From assembly GCA_963737655.1 (NCBI GenBank), contig CAVTTN010000002.1, positions 4,224,001-4,288,000 on the forward strand: DNA of 64,000 nt, given 5' to 3'. Below the pieces are notes generated by a model, which worked only from the letters and a program-made list of their open reading frames with translations, was not told the DNA's origin and did no database searches. Positions 18,882 to 30,862 of this stretch are shown one piece after another. The stretch comes from an uncultured Planctomycetota bacterium (GTDB lineage Bacteria > Planctomycetota > Planctomycetia > Isosphaerales > Isosphaeraceae). A program made the position numbers and the translations under genes. Within the stretch, counting starts at the first letter, position 1, and every line of letters starts with the position of its first letter.

Positions 18882-20045
18882 ATGGCCCATCGACCCGAGG
18901 CCGCCTGCCTCCTCCAGACCGGCGCGACCTATCCCCGGAGGATCGGCCTGGTCCCTCCGGCCGGAGACCTCATCTTCGTCGGGACCCGGCGAGGCGGGCT
19001 GTCGATCTATCACGGCGACGCCCCGATCTATCACTTCGACCTCGAAGGCCGATGGCAGAGGGCATTCATCGAGGGGGTCCACTTCCGCAAGGGCCTGGAT
19101 AACGCGGCGGTCGCCATCGACCGCGAACGATCCGGAGAGAACCTGGTCCTCCGCCGCCGGTCGCTCGCCTTCGCCGAGGCCGCCGACCTGGATGAGTCGA
19201 TCCGGGTCTCGGCCCTGGAGCTGGTCGAGGGGATCAGTTCGGGCCTCCTGAGGCCGGAGGGGCCGCCCGAAGGCGTCATCCTCCGCGACCTGGCGGGCTG
19301 GCGAGAGTTGCTGGAACGGGTGGCCTCCTGGGACGCCTCGGCCTGGTTCGCCCATCGCGAGCGATACCTCGCCGCGTATGGTCCCCGGCCGATTTTCGTC
19401 CCGCCGGACGCCCAGAACGCCGTGATCCTCCAGGCGACGAGCGGAGACGGCTTCTTCCGCACTCCCGACGAGTTCGCCAACCACGCCGAGGCGGTCCGCC
19501 GGCTCCTGGGGCGTCGGGCCGTCCAGGCCTCGGGCGTCCTCCTGGCCGATGGCGCGGTTCTGCATCGCCCTATTGAAGAGGTGATCGCCCATCTCGACGC
19601 GATCGCCCGGGTCTTCCCGATCCGCGACGACGACGCGCCGAAGAGACTCCGCGACCTGCCCGAGGAAGACGTTTCGCTCTCCGGGATCGAGGTGATCCTC
19701 GAAGGGACGGCCGGCCCGTCGCCCGACCCGGCGGCGTTCGGGGCGATGAAGGCGAGGAAGCTGCGGAGGGTCACCTGGAAGGCCGGCCCGGAAGACGACT
19801 CGCGATCGGCGGCCTCCTGGATCGATCCGATCGTCCGATCGGGGCTGGCCCTCTCGATCGTGGTCGAGGGCGGGACGGCCGCCCGGGATTCGGTCGGCGC
19901 GATCCTCGACGCCCTCGAGATCGGCCGGGGGACGACCGTGTACCTCCTGGGAGACGACCCCGACCGTGCGAACCCGGCGATGGCGGGCTCGAGATCGCGA
20001 GGCGCGAAGGTCCTGGCCTATTCGCCGGAAAAACAATGGTTCTAG
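18882..20045 (+). CDS. hypothetical protein, possibly a degenerate radical-SAM-family protein lacking CxxxCxxC
   Basis: Coding-like ORF; PPDAQNAVILQATSG...FRTPDEFANHAEAVRRLLG resembles the segment flanking the Cys motif in one radical SAM family (recalled, not searched). Confidence 0.55.
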   Translation: MAHRPEAACLLQTGATYPRRIGLVPPAGDLIFVGTRRGGLSIYHGDAPIYHFDLEGRWQRAFIEGVHFRKGLDNAAVAIDRERSGENLVLRRRSLAFAEAADLDESIRVSALELVEGISSGLLRPEGPPEGVILRDLAGWRELLERVASWDASAWFAHRERYLAAYGPRPIFVPPDAQNAVILQATSGDGFFRTPDEFANHAEAVRRLLGRRAVQASGVLLADGAVLHRPIEEVIAHLDAIARVFPIRDDDAPKRLRDLPEEDVSLSGIEVILEGTAGPSPDPAAFGAMKARKLRRVTWKAGPEDDSRSAASWIDPIVRSGLALSIVVEGGTAARDSVGAILDALEIGRGTTVYLLGDDPDRANPAMAGSRSRGAKVLAYSPEKQWF

Positions 20046-20118
20046 CGGCTGGAAATCGGGCAGCGCGTTAGTTACGGGGAGCGAAGCGGTGACGCGCTTC
20101 GCGGACTCGACCCGCCTC

Positions 20119-20562
20119 TCAATGCCACCAGCCCAGGAGGTCGTTGAACTTCAGGAGCAGGACGACGACCGAGACGCTCACGAAGATAATGACCGCGACG
20201 AGGACCCCTCCGGAGGCGATCTCCCGGGCGACCTTCGGGCCGGGGGCCTCGGGATCGCCCAGGGCCCGGGCCAGGGTGTCGATGGCGCTGTGGGACATCT
20301 CGGCGATCAGGACGAGCCCGGCGGCCAGGACCAGGAAGATCCAGCCCGAGGGGCCGACGCCCAGCAAGCCGGCGGTCAGTGCGATGAAGATCCCCCGATA
20401 GGCGTGGGCGAAGAAGCTGGAATCGCCCCTCATCGCGTGTTTCAGGCCGTTCAGGCCGGCGGCCAGCTTCGCCTTGGCGTCCCGACGGCCGGCCCGGGCC
20501 GACCAGGGTTCGGGCTCGCCCCATTCCGCCAGTCTCTCTTCCAGGTCGTTCGTCGTGACCAT
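20119..20562 (-). CDS. dgkA: prokaryotic diacylglycerol/undecaprenol kinase family protein
   Basis: AGLNGLKHAMRGDSSF..H, LVLIAEMSHSAIDTL, KVAREIASGGVLV; three TM segments. Confidence 0.8.
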   Translation of the reverse strand: MVTTNDLEERLAEWGEPEPWSARAGRRDAKAKLAAGLNGLKHAMRGDSSFFAHAYRGIFIALTAGLLGVGPSGWIFLVLAAGLVLIAEMSHSAIDTLARALGDPEAPGPKVAREIASGGVLVAVIIFVSVSVVVLLLKFNDLLGWWH

Positions 20563-20603
20563 CCGGGGGCGTCTCCCTGAGGCGCGATCGGCGAGGCCTG
20601 ATC

Positions 20604-23600
20604 TCACTCCGACGGCGCGAACCGCGAGTCGAACCGCGAGCCGAGGGTCGAGCCGAACCTCACGTTCGGGCTGAATCTCGGGGCAATCTCGAAGGCGAAG
20701 TTGTAATTCATCCGCTGGGGATCGACCGTCAGGCCCACGCTGGTCAGGTAGTCCTTGCCGATCTTCGTGACCGAGACCGTCGATCCCAGGAGGATGGCGT
20801 TGCCGAAGTCGTAGCTCGTGGCGAAGAACATGTACCACTTCGGGCTCAGCCAGTAGGTGTACGACGCATTCAGGGCCGACGTCGAGATCGGTCCCGTGTT
20901 GATGATCGTGTAGCCGAGGTAGACCGAGCCCCGAGGGGGCCGGCTGATGTTGAACCCCGAGCTGATCACCGCGAACTTGAACGGGTCGTTCGTGTGGGTG
21001 GGGTTCGAGATCAGGATCGGCTGGCCGGAGATGTCGAAGAACTCGAACCAGCCGGAGGAGATGAAGCTGGTGCGGTCGCCGATGTACCATTCGTAGTTGT
21101 ACATGGTCTGGCCGAACGCCTTGCCGAAGTTGTCGCGGCGGGCGTTGGGGAAATAGGTGGTGGTGAGGTCGAGGATCATGTAATCGATGATCCGTCGCTT
21201 GCCCTCCGGGCCCCTCTTGGTCTGGAGCCTCTGGTTGAGGTTCAGGCGGACGGTCTCGATCGAGTCCTGGATGTCGGTCGTCCCGGTGATCGGCGAGATC
21301 CCCCGTCGGAGGGTCAGGAGCCTCGGGTCGTACTGGCGGGGCAGCAACCCGCCGACGTAGTTGGCCAGGGCGAAGTAGCGCCGGGTGTATTCATACGAGT
21401 TGTCGTCCAGGTCGTCCTGGACGCCGATCCGTGCCAGGCTGACGTTGGAGAAGGCGTCGCGGTAGTCGGCCTGGAGGTTGACCTTGTGGGCCAGGCCGTG
21501 GACGTTGAGCAGCTCGCTCTCGAACTGGGGCCCGGTGAAGGTCCGCCACGCCAGGATGTTCGCCCGGGCCCCGATGGCCCCCCAGGCCCGGCCGATCGGG
21601 ACGTTGCCGATCTGGTTGTCCCAGCCGACGAGCTGCCCCTGGACGTACGGCGTGAAGTTCAGGTACTCGAACTTCAGGGGGACGTCGATCTCGGTCGCCG
21701 CGTAGGCCCGGCCGGTGTTCAGCGTGCCGCTCGTGTTGGAGACCGGGTCGGTGGGCAGGAACGCGAAGATGTTCGGGTTGTTCACCTCGACGGCGGTGTG
21801 GGTGCTCGCGTAATCCACGCCCGTCCGCGACGAGATGCTCACGTAATTATTCAGGAAGTTGTCCCCGAGCCGTGTGTACTCCAGCTTCGGGAGCCACTGG
21901 GTCTCGGTGTACCAATTCTGGAGGTTCGCCTCGGTCTGGAGGGTCAGGGCGCGGTTCTGGTTCTGGTAGATCCCGTAGAAGAGCGTCTCCTGGTCCACAC
22001 CGGTGTCGAACAGCCTCTTGTAGTATTCCTCGATGAAGTTCCGGTCCGAGACGTAGCCGGCCTCGAACTGGAGGCGGAGGTCCACGTCGGTGACCTCTTC
22101 GGGGTCGAGCAGGCGGACCATGTGCCGGGCCGTCGCGCGGCCCCGATAGTCCAGGAACGTCGGCTGAGACGTCCGCTGATACCCCTGCTTCCCCGCGCCG
22201 TTGGGGCCGTAGGTGATGATCGCCGGCCCGGGGCCGAGGACGTCTCGGCCGGTGTCGTTGATCCCCCAGAGGTCGAAGTAGCCGAAGTAGGGGTGGTTGA
22301 CCTTCGTCTTGGCGTTGCCGTACGGATTCTGGAGGTCGCCGATGAAGTCGCGGCCGAACCAGCCGAGCTCGCTGCCGACGGCGAACCCGCGATAGCTCAG
22401 GTAATCGATGTCGATGTTCCAGATGTCCGTCCACTTCGGCCGGCGGATGTTGAACAGGCGGTAGCCGCTGAGGTCGAACTGGGCCGTCTGGCCGAAGACG
22501 TTGCCGGTCTGGAACCGGAAGTTCCTCAACAGGGGGTCGAACTCGCTGGTGAACTTCGAGTAGGGCGAGTAGAAGACCGGGAGCTTCCCGAGGAAGAGGA
22601 AGTTGTCGTACGCCTCGAACAACTGGACGCGATCCTGCTCCACCGGGTCGCCCCCGGGCCCGACCTTCCCCCCGGTGTTCTGGTCGGTGAGCGTCTCGGT
22701 GATGTCGGTGATGTCCAGCGACCGGCTGCGGAAGCGATATCCGGGGATCGGGAACCGGCTGCCGGAGGTCACCGACTGATCGACCCGGATCTGCTGGGGG
22801 CCGAGGATGTAGCCGCCCTTCTTCGGGTCGATCCCCCTGACTTCCTTGTACTGGTCGATCCTCTTGCCGTCGGTCCTCAGGGGGGCGAGGAGCCCCGGAG
22901 TGTTCGTGTAAACCCGGCCGTCGAGCGCGACGAGCCGTTCGGTGCGGAGGTCGTAGTACGCCTGGGCGGCCTCGAAGATCTTCTCGTCGCCGTTGCCGGC
23001 GAGCTTGCGGTCGTCGCGGCGGATGCGGACATTGCCTTCCATGTAGAGCTGCATCGGCGTGTCGGGCTTCTGCGAGACGCCGACGGTGGGGTCGCCCGGG
23101 GCCCCGGCCTGCTTCTCCTCGCGGCGGGTCCAGATGATGATGCTGTCGGCCGTGACGTCCACGGTGGCGAACGGCGGAGGGGTGCCGACCGGAGGCGGAA
23201 TCTCCCCCTTGGGCACGGGGTCGGGCTTCCTCGGGATGTTGGCGATCAGGTTCACGCCGCCCTGAAGGATGTAGATGATCTCGCCTTCCGGGGTCTCCTT
23301 GACGTCGAACTTGAAGTTCGGGCCGCCGTTGACGCTGAAGGTGCGGCGGGTCTCGGGCGGGATCGGCAGGAAGATCTTGCGGCCGTCGTCGGCCGCCGGA
23401 GGGGCCGCCGGCCCGATCGGCACCACGCCGGGCAGGGGGTCGAGATCGGTCGGGGGTTCCTGGAGCCCGTCGATCGGCGCGGGTCCGAGGGCCGGGGGCT
23501 GCTGGGGGCTCTCGTCGATCAGGTCGGGGCGATTGAGGATGATCTGGCCGTCCATGGCGTCGCCGTCGGCCTGGGTCCGGGTCACGGCGGGGTCGAGCTT

Positions 23601-24295
23601 GGGCTTCGGGTCGCCCGGATCGGGCGCGGGCACCGGGGCCCGAGCCCGACCTCCGGCGACGGCTCGGCGGGCGGAGGGGTGAGTACCGGCAACGCCCTGG
23701 GGACGTCGGCCGAGGCGACGGCGCCTCCGCCGGATTTCGCCTGGGAGACGACCGGCGCCGCGGCCGCTTTGGACTTCGCCGGGGGTGCCGACGGCCCTCC
23801 GGGGAAGCCTCGGGCGAGGATCGCCAGGCCCTTGGGCGCGGCGTCGAGCTTGACGAGGCCGCCCTCGCGGAACGCCGTCAACTTCAGCTCGCCGGTGGTC
23901 GAGAGCGAGGCCCTCCGCGAGTTGCTGGGCCGGCAATCGGGCTCGGTCGTCCGGGCGTGGCCCTCGGTGTGGATCTCGACTTCCAGACTCTTCCAGGTGC
24001 GTCTCTGATTGCGCTCGATCCGGGCCACGATCGCGTCGGCCCGGAGCCCGTCGCCGCCCTGGAGAGCGGCCGATTGACCCTGGAGGACGACCCAGCGGAC
24101 CCCGTCGGCGTCGTCCCAGTAGCGGACCGAATCGGCCGACAGGACGACGTCCTCCGACGACGGCGAGGGCTGCGCCCCGGGCGAGTCGGCGGAGGAGAGT
24201 CGTCCGATCGCCACGACGACCAGGGCGAGGATCGTGACGATCCCCGTCCGGGCGCGACAGAGGCGGAGACGGAGCGTCTGGTGGTGACCGGGCAC
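20604..24295 (-). CDS. LptD/OstA-like outer-membrane protein, planctomycete type (frameshift near 23640)
   Basis: ~1200 aa; N-terminal hydrophobic segment, beta-jellyroll-like region (YMEGNVRI, AAQAYYD), long aromatic-rich beta-strand C-terminus (SDRNFIEEYY, YWLSPKW). Confidence 0.65.
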
Positions 24296-24520
24296 GTCTG
24301 ACCCCCTCGCGGACCACCGCCCGAGCCCGAAGGCCGGCCTTCCCTGGCCGGGACCTTCCAGCTCGGCATCCCCTTCGCCCGGTCCGAGGGCTGATCCGAC
24401 ATCCAATTCCAAGGGGACGCATCGAGGGGGGGATTTCGGGTCCAGACTCTCGCAAAGCGACGGGACGATCGGGCGGGGAGGGTATCCGCTCGGCCCTCGG
24501 GCGTCAACCCGAGGGCCGAA

Positions 24521-24712
24521 AGCAGTGGACCGAGCCGTGGGCAGTGGACCAAGCAGTGGGCAGTGGGCAGTGGGCAGTGGGCAGTGAAAAGAATCTGTGG
24601 TCGGCCCGAATCGCATTACCCCAATCTTCTGCCCACTGCCCACTGCCCACTGCCCACTGCTTGGTCCACTGCCCACTGCCCACTGCCCACGGCTCGGTCC
24701 ACTGCCCACTGC
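24521..24712. repeat. inverted pair of CAGTGGG heptamer tandem arrays (hairpin)
   Basis: Left arm 24521-24586 (GCAGTGG)n; right arm 24629-24712 (CCACTGC)n; both share the interruptions GACCGAGCC and GACCAAGC. Confidence 0.9.
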
Positions 24713-24714
24713 TC

Positions 24715-27645
24715 CTACGAAATCACTCCCTTGGGCTTCGGATCGCGCAGGGCCCGCCGCAATCGGGGGTTGAGTCCGTAGCCGAGGCCGAGGAGCTTCA
24801 TCGGGTGGAGCGTGCGTTTGGGGATGTTCTGCTCCATCTGCATCCGGCAGGCCGAGCATTCGGTCGAGCCGAGGTCCAGGTCCGGGTCCTTCAGGCGGCT
24901 TCGGAGCGGGTGGCCGGCTCGGAGCGAGGCGCGGAAGTTCTTCGCCGAGAGCCCATACGTCCCGGCGATCCCGGAACAGCCGCGGTCGATGAACTCGACC
25001 TCGAGCTCGGGGATCGAGCGGATCAGGTCCAGGCCCGGAGTCCCGGCCCCGAGCGCCCGGAGGTGGCACGGCTGGTGATAGCCCACTCGCGCCTTGACCG
25101 GGAACTCGGGACGGCGGACCTGGCCCCGGACGACCAACCCCTGGAGATACATCCCCACGTCCATCGTATTGCGGGCCACGAGCTCGGCGTCGAGGTCGTC
25201 GGTCAGCCTCGGCGCCTCCCTCGTGAGCATCAAGGCGGCGGTCGGCTCGGAGCAGACGACCGTGTAGCCGTCCCTCACGGCGTTGCCCAGGGCCCGGAGG
25301 TTCCGGCCGACGAGGTCCCGGGCGCGGTCGAGGTCGCCGGCCACCAGGGCGGGCATCCCGCTGCCTCTCTGCGCCTTGGGGACGAAGACGTTCACCCCGG
25401 CGTGGCGGAGGACCGCCACCACCGATTCGGCCAGGTCCTGGTCGAAGTGGTCGGCCACGACATCGACGAAATACGCGACCCGAGGCCCCGGGGCATGCGG
25501 CCTCGGGACCGTCAGGCCCAGCCGCTCGGCCCGTCTCAGGAAGGACGTGCGATGCGCCCGGGGGAGCCTCCGGCTTTGCGACAGCCCGAACGCCCGCTCC
25601 AAGAGCCATCGGGCCGGGCGGCTCGTCATCATCGCATTGAACAGGACCGGCAGGCGGCTCGCCCATTTCGCCCAGACGTCGATCCGGGACAGCATCCAGG
25701 CGTCGGACGCCAACCCGTGATTGGCCACGTACGCGGCCTTGGCCTCGATCATCAGGCCCGAGACGTCCACTCCGGCCGGGCATTCGTCGCGGCAGAGGTT
25801 GCAGTGGACGCACAGATCGGCGCGGGCCTTGATCTCCTCGCCGGCCCAGAGGCGGGGATCGATCACCCCGGAGGCGACCTGGCGGAGCAAATTCGCCTGG
25901 GCCCGGGGGGTGGCCTCTTCCGATCCCGAGGCCCGGAACGCCGGGCACATCCGTAGCGAGGGGCTCGCGGGTCCGGCACTGTCCGCACCCGTTGCAGGCC
26001 GAGACGTTCTCGTCCCGCGATCGTTCGGGCCATCTCAGCAGGACGGGCAGTTCGGTCACCTCTCGGGGGCGGGCGCGGAGGTTCCGGGTCAAAAGGTGGG
26101 GGTCGTCGCCGACGACCTTGCCGGGATTCAGCAGGTTTTGTGGGTCGAACGCATTCTTGACCTCGCGGAAGATCCCGGCGAGGTCGCCGTATTGGCGGCG
26201 GATGAATTGCGTCCTCGACAGGCCGCAACCGTGCTCGCCGGAGACCGTCCCGCCCAGGGCGATGGCGGCCTCGGCCACGGCGGAGGCCATCGGCTCGATC
26301 ACCGACGAATCGGCCGGGAGGTCGAGGAACGGGCGGGCGTGGACCTGGCCGCTCCCGGCGTGGGCGTTGATCGTCCCCGAGGCGCCGAACTCCTTCCAGA
26401 TCGCCTGGAGTCGGGCGAGGAACTCGGGGAGGGCCTCGGGCGGCACCGCCGCATCCTCGATCAAGGGGACCGGCCTCGCCGGGCCGCGCTTTCGGAGGAA
26501 CAGGGGCTCGACGGCCTTCCTCAAGCCGAGGAGGCGTTCGGCCTCGACCCGTCGGGAGGTGCCGACGGGGTCGCCCACCAGCCCCCCGCGACGGGCCATC
26601 CGCTCGGCCAGGGAGCGGGCCCTCCGGGCCGCCAGGTCGGGGTCGGCGGCCTCGAACTCGACGATCAGCGCCGCCTCGGCCGATTCCGGGATCCACTCGC
26701 GATAATCGGCGCCGACCTCCCGGGCGAGGCTCAGGGCCCGCCAGTCGTGAAGCTCGCACGCCGTGGGGCCGTCTTCCAGGCACTCGACGACCGCCTCGGC
26801 CGCGTCCCGGAGCAGGCCGAACGGCAGCAAGACCGCCGCCTGGGCCGCCGGGACCGGCACCGTCTTCAGGGTGATCTCGGTCGCCAGGGCGAGCGTCCCC
26901 TCCGAGCCCACCACCAATCGGCGGAGGTCCAGGATTCCCGGCCCCCACGCCGATCGAAGGGCGTATCCGGCGCGATTGCGGACGGCCCGGGGCCACCGCC
27001 TGGCGATCGAATCGGCGTGATAATGCAGGAGGGTGCCGACTCGCCGGGCCACGAGCGAGGCGAACGGCTCGGCGTCGTCGGAATCCTCGGCCGGGGGCAT
27101 CGGCCAGGGGATCGGCCCGAGATCGCCGATCTCGCCGTTGGCGAAGACCACCCGCAGGCCCTCCACCGAGTCGCCGGTGGTCCCGTAGGTCAGGGACCGC
27201 GCCCCGGAGGCGTCCAGGCCGATCATCCCCCCGATCGTCGTCACCTCCGGCGCCGAGGGATCGGGGCCGATCCGTCGACCGAGAGGGGCGAGCTGCGCGT
27301 TCAGGCGATCCAGGACCACCCCGGGCTGGACGACCACGGAATCGCTTCGGACCTCGATCACGCGCCGAAGGTGTTTCGAGAAATCGATCACCAATCCCGG
27401 CCCGAGGCTCTCGCCCGCGAGGCCGGTGCCGGCGCCCGGGCGTGGATCGGCAGGCCCTGGTCGGCGGCGTACTTGACCACGAGGACGAGGTCGGCCTCGG
27501 TCCTCGGGGCGATCACGCCGAGGGGGTCGATCTCGTAGAGGCTGCCGTCCAGGGCGAACGGCGCGCGCTCGACCGGGCCGAAGATCAGCTCCCCGCCGAT
27601 CATCCCGCGAAGGTCGTCGAAGATCCGGGCGCGATGCTCATCCAC
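24715..27645 (-). CDS. FAD-linked oxidase / 4Fe-4S protein (GlcD+GlcF fusion, YdiJ-like), frameshifts near 25961 and 27436
   Basis: RGAGTGLAG after frameshift repair, GSEGTLA, SGEHGCG, CNGCGQC, CVHCNLCRDECP, YHQPCH, CSGIAG, ECSACRMQ. Confidence 0.88.
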
Positions 27646-27742
27646 GGTGGGGGACGGACGCCTCCGAGGCCGAGGCCGGAAGGGGACGGGGGAAGGCCGG
27701 TGGGTGTGGGCCTGGTCCCGAGGGGGGAGGTGACGGCCCGGC

Positions 27743-28234
27743 TCAGGCGTCCTCGGACCTCGCCGCGCGAAGCTCCTCGATCCTCAGCCTCTCCTGCCGA
27801 TACCGCTCGCCGATGGCCAGGTCGAACGGAGCGAACCGACCCTCCGGCGCGCTGCCCTGGCCCCGGAACTGGCTCAAACAACGGTAGCAGATCGTGACGT
27901 CCGGTACGAGGTAGTACAGGACCAGATCCAGCATCGCCGTCGCGAGGAACACCGCGAACGTCCAGATCGGCATGTACAGGTACCAGAAGATCGACCCCGC
28001 CGCGAACCCCACGATCACGATCGCCAGGCCCAGCCCGTGAGGGAAGTCCTTCTGGAGATAGAGGTCGGGCGTGGCACACCAGGCGCACGCGCCAAGGCCG
28101 CCCTCGGGGTCGAAAGCCCCCCGGCGGACCTCGCGCTCATGGCCGCAATGCGAGCACCGGACGACCTCGCACGCCTCGATCCCCGGGACGAGGCCCACGG
28201 CCTCGCATCCGGGGCATTCAAACGACAGTTCCAT
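27743..28234 (-). CDS. zinc-ribbon membrane protein, hypothetical
   Basis: CPGC, CSHC, CAWC and CYRC pairs; LYLQKDFP followed by two TM helices. Confidence 0.75.
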   Translation of the reverse strand: MELSFECPGCEAVGLVPGIEACEVVRCSHCGHEREVRRGAFDPEGGLGACAWCATPDLYLQKDFPHGLGLAIVIVGFAAGSIFWYLYMPIWTFAVFLATAMLDLVLYYLVPDVTICYRCLSQFRGQGSAPEGRFAPFDLAIGERYRQERLRIEELRAARSEDA

Positions 28235-28317
28235 CGGCGGCTCGGCGAACAGGGGGGCGTTTCGAAGGGGGGGACGGCCCCATTGTATCCGATCGGGGCC
28301 GAGAAGCCCGAGCCCGG

Positions 28318-29085
28318 TCAGCAGACGATCCCCGAGCCGCGCTCCAGGATCAGCGCCGAGAGCTCGCCGAACAGGGTCAGGGTCATGCCGATGTAAAGGA
28401 TGCCCGTCGCCGACTGGGTCGATCGGATCTCGACCGTCTTCCAGGCCAGGACCGTGGCGAGGGCCGGCCCGAGGACGCCCATGCCCCACCTCATCCCCAG
28501 GAACATCGGCGAGAGCTCGGCTCGAGACCCCAATCCGGCCCATCCTCCGAACCACACCGCCAGCCCCGCCGCCGCCAGGAGCGTCCTGACGCCCAGCGAG
28601 CCGGCCATGATCGCCACGAACGTCCTCAGGGGCGAGATCGCCATCGCGGGGGCGGTCAAGTAATGATGCCCCAGGAGCATGGCCGTCAGCGTCGAACCCA
28701 GGAGGGCCGAGGACGCCAGCCCTCCCGCGAGATTCAGACCCACTCGCAACGCCGACCCAGATCGTGAATCCCAGGCGATCAACCCCGCGCCGATCAAGGC
28801 GATCGCGAACGTGATGGGCAAGGCGACCCGAGGCAGGCCGATCCCCCAGAGGGCCGAGCCGAGGTACGCGAGCGCGGCCGCCGCGATCGTGGCCGACAGG
28901 ATGATCGTCGGCACCGATCGGCCCTCGGCGACCGCCGCGACGACGAGGAGGCCGAGCATCACGAGGCAATGGGTGCGGAAGAACGCGAGGGGGACGACCG
29001 CCCTGGGCGCGATCAGGAGCATCGCGGCGAGTCCTCCGGCGACCCGGATCGCGAAGATCGCCAGCATCGGGATCTCGGGGGGCAT
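28318..29085 (-). CDS. integral membrane protein with MLLGHHYL and TQSATGILY motifs
   Basis: About 8 hydrophobic segments; co-oriented between folE and the zinc-ribbon gene. Confidence 0.75.
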   Translation of the reverse strand: MPPEIPMLAIFAIRVAGGLAAMLLIAPRAVVPLAFFRTHCLVMLGLLVVAAVAEGRSVPTIILSATIAAAALAYLGSALWGIGLPRVALPITFAIALIGAGLIAWDSRSGSALRVGLNLAGGLASSALLGSTLTAMLLGHHYLTAPAMAISPLRTFVAIMAGSLGVRTLLAAAGLAVWFGGWAGLGSRAELSPMFLGMRWGMGVLGPALATVLAWKTVEIRSTQSATGILYIGMTLTLFGELSALILERGSGIVC

Positions 29086-29122
29086 CGCGGGCGATCTCCG
29101 GGGCGGGGCGATCGGTCCAGGC

Positions 29123-29779
29123 TCAGCGGGAATCGCCCCGGAGGAACGACAGGACCTCGGCCCGGGTCGCGTGCTTGTCGCGGAACGCCCCGAGAAGGGC
29201 GCTGGTCACGCACGAGCTGCCCGGCTTGCGGACCCCCCGGATCGTCATGCAGCTGTGAGACGCCTCGATCACCACCGCCACCCCCCGGGCATCGAGCTCC
29301 TTCATCAGGAGTTCGGCCAGGTCGACCGTCAGCCGCTCCTGGACCTGGGGCCTCTTGGCCAGGGCCTCGACCACCCGGGGGATCTTCGACAGTCCCACCA
29401 CCTGCCCGTTGGGCAAGTAGGCGACGTGGGCCTTGCCGGTGAACGGGAGCAGATGATGCTCGCAGAAGCTGGCGAACTCGATGTCCCGGATCAGGACCAT
29501 CTCGTCATATGCCTGAGTGAACAGCTTCCGCAGGTGGGCGGCGGGATCTTGATGGAGGCCGGCGAAGACCTCCGCATACATCCGGGCGACTCGCGCCGGG
29601 GTCTCGACCAGTCCCTCGCGGTCGGGGTCCTCGCCCACGGCCAGGAGGATCTCGCGGACGGCCCGGCGGATGCGCTCCTGGTCCACCGGAGCGGCCGGGA
29701 CCGCGTCCTCGTCGCCGTCGATGTCGAGCGTCGGGAACGCCATCGAGGCGCCATTGCCGTTGCCGTAGGAATCGGCCAT
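29123..29779 (-). CDS. folE: GTP cyclohydrolase I
   Basis: [48 protein letters not shown]. Confidence 0.97.
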   Translation of the reverse strand: MADSYGNGNGASMAFPTLDIDGDEDAVPAAPVDQERIRRAVREILLAVGEDPDREGLVETPARVARMYAEVFAGLHQDPAAHLRKLFTQAYDEMVLIRDIEFASFCEHHLLPFTGKAHVAYLPNGQVVGLSKIPRVVEALAKRPQVQERLTVDLAELLMKELDARGVAVVIEASHSCMTIRGVRKPGSSCVTSALLGAFRDKHATRAEVLSFLRGDSR

Positions 29780-29906
29780 GAAGAGGGTCTCGATCCGGCC
29801 CAAGTGGAGAGCAGACTTGCGGTTCCGACCGACGGACCGCGGGGATTGTAGGAAACGACTCGCTCGAAATCAAGGGCCGGGTCCGGGTCTCCGATCCGTC
29901 CGAAAA

Positions 29907-29954
29907 GGGTGTCAGATCGGATTTTTTCACGGCGAAAAAAATGATCTGACACCC
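29907..29954. repeat. short inverted repeat GGGTGTCAGATC...GATCTGACACCC with an inner T6/A7 stem (REP-like or terminator)
   Basis: 12-bp perfect outer arms 29907-29918 and 29943-29954, just downstream of the Lon-N gene stop. Confidence 0.75.
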
Positions 29955-29973
29955 ATTTCGGACGCCCGCCCCC

Positions 29974-30661
29974 TCAATTGGCGCTGAACGGCGGAGGGAA
30001 CGGCCGATCGGCCTCGACGACGAGCTGGAGCTGGGCGGCGACCTGCTTGAGCAGGGCGATCAGGCCGTCGGCCCGGCGATCGACGGCGGGGTCGGCCAGG
30101 AGGGCTTGCTTGAGGACCGGGGGGAGGCCGAGGGCCTGGGCGAGCAGGTCGGTGACGACCCCGAGGGGAGGGTCCGAACGGAGGAGGGCGTCGAGGTCCG
30201 GGTCGAGCGTCCTGGTGTGGCGGGCGACCTCGCGATAGAGCCGGACCAACGGCGACCGGCGGGCCTGCGGGGGCTCGTCCGACGCGAGGTCTTCGAGGAT
30301 CTCGACGTCCGCCTGGCGGTAGAGCGTCCCGGCCTCGATCTCCCGGACGATTCGCACCCGCTTCCGCCCGAGCAGGAGGATGTTGAACCGGCCGTCGGGC
30401 AGGCGTTCGTGCTGGAGGACCTTGCCGAGGCAGCCCACGGCCTCGAGCTCGGGGCTCACCCCGGTTCCAGTCGGCCCCGGGGCCGACCTGGACGATGGTG
30501 ATCAGGCGGTCGGAGGCCAGGGCGTCCTCGGTCATCTGGCGATAGCGGGGCTCGAAGATATGCAGGGGGAGGACGGCGTGGGGGAACAACACGACCCCCG
30601 GCAGAGGAAACAGCCGGGCGAGGCCGCTGAAGTCGCGCAGGTCGAGGGTGTCGTCATCCAT
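29974..30661 (-). CDS. Lon protease N-terminal substrate-binding domain protein (frameshift near 30452)
   Basis: LFPLPGVVLFPHAVLPLHIFEPRYRQM, then VGCLG..LPDGRFNILLLG after removing one C. Confidence 0.88.
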
Positions 30662-30862
30662 CGGGCCGTCCCAATCGCCAGGCGCAGGCCGACATGAGGG
30701 GCCGGGGCCGAGGTCGGTCGAATCGTTCCATGCGGGGTCCACGGGAAAATCTGCCGATCCAGGACAGGGCCGGGCGATGACGACGAGGGCGGTTCACCGG
30801 CACCCGGGCGTATTGTAGAAGCTCTCCCGCTACCGGCAAGGCGGAGGATCGCGGAGGTCCCG

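Noticed and set aside
23582..27394. 1270-aa FAD-oxidase / LptD N-terminus fusion
   Set aside because: Chance read-through across a frameshift, the heptamer repeat and intergenic DNA
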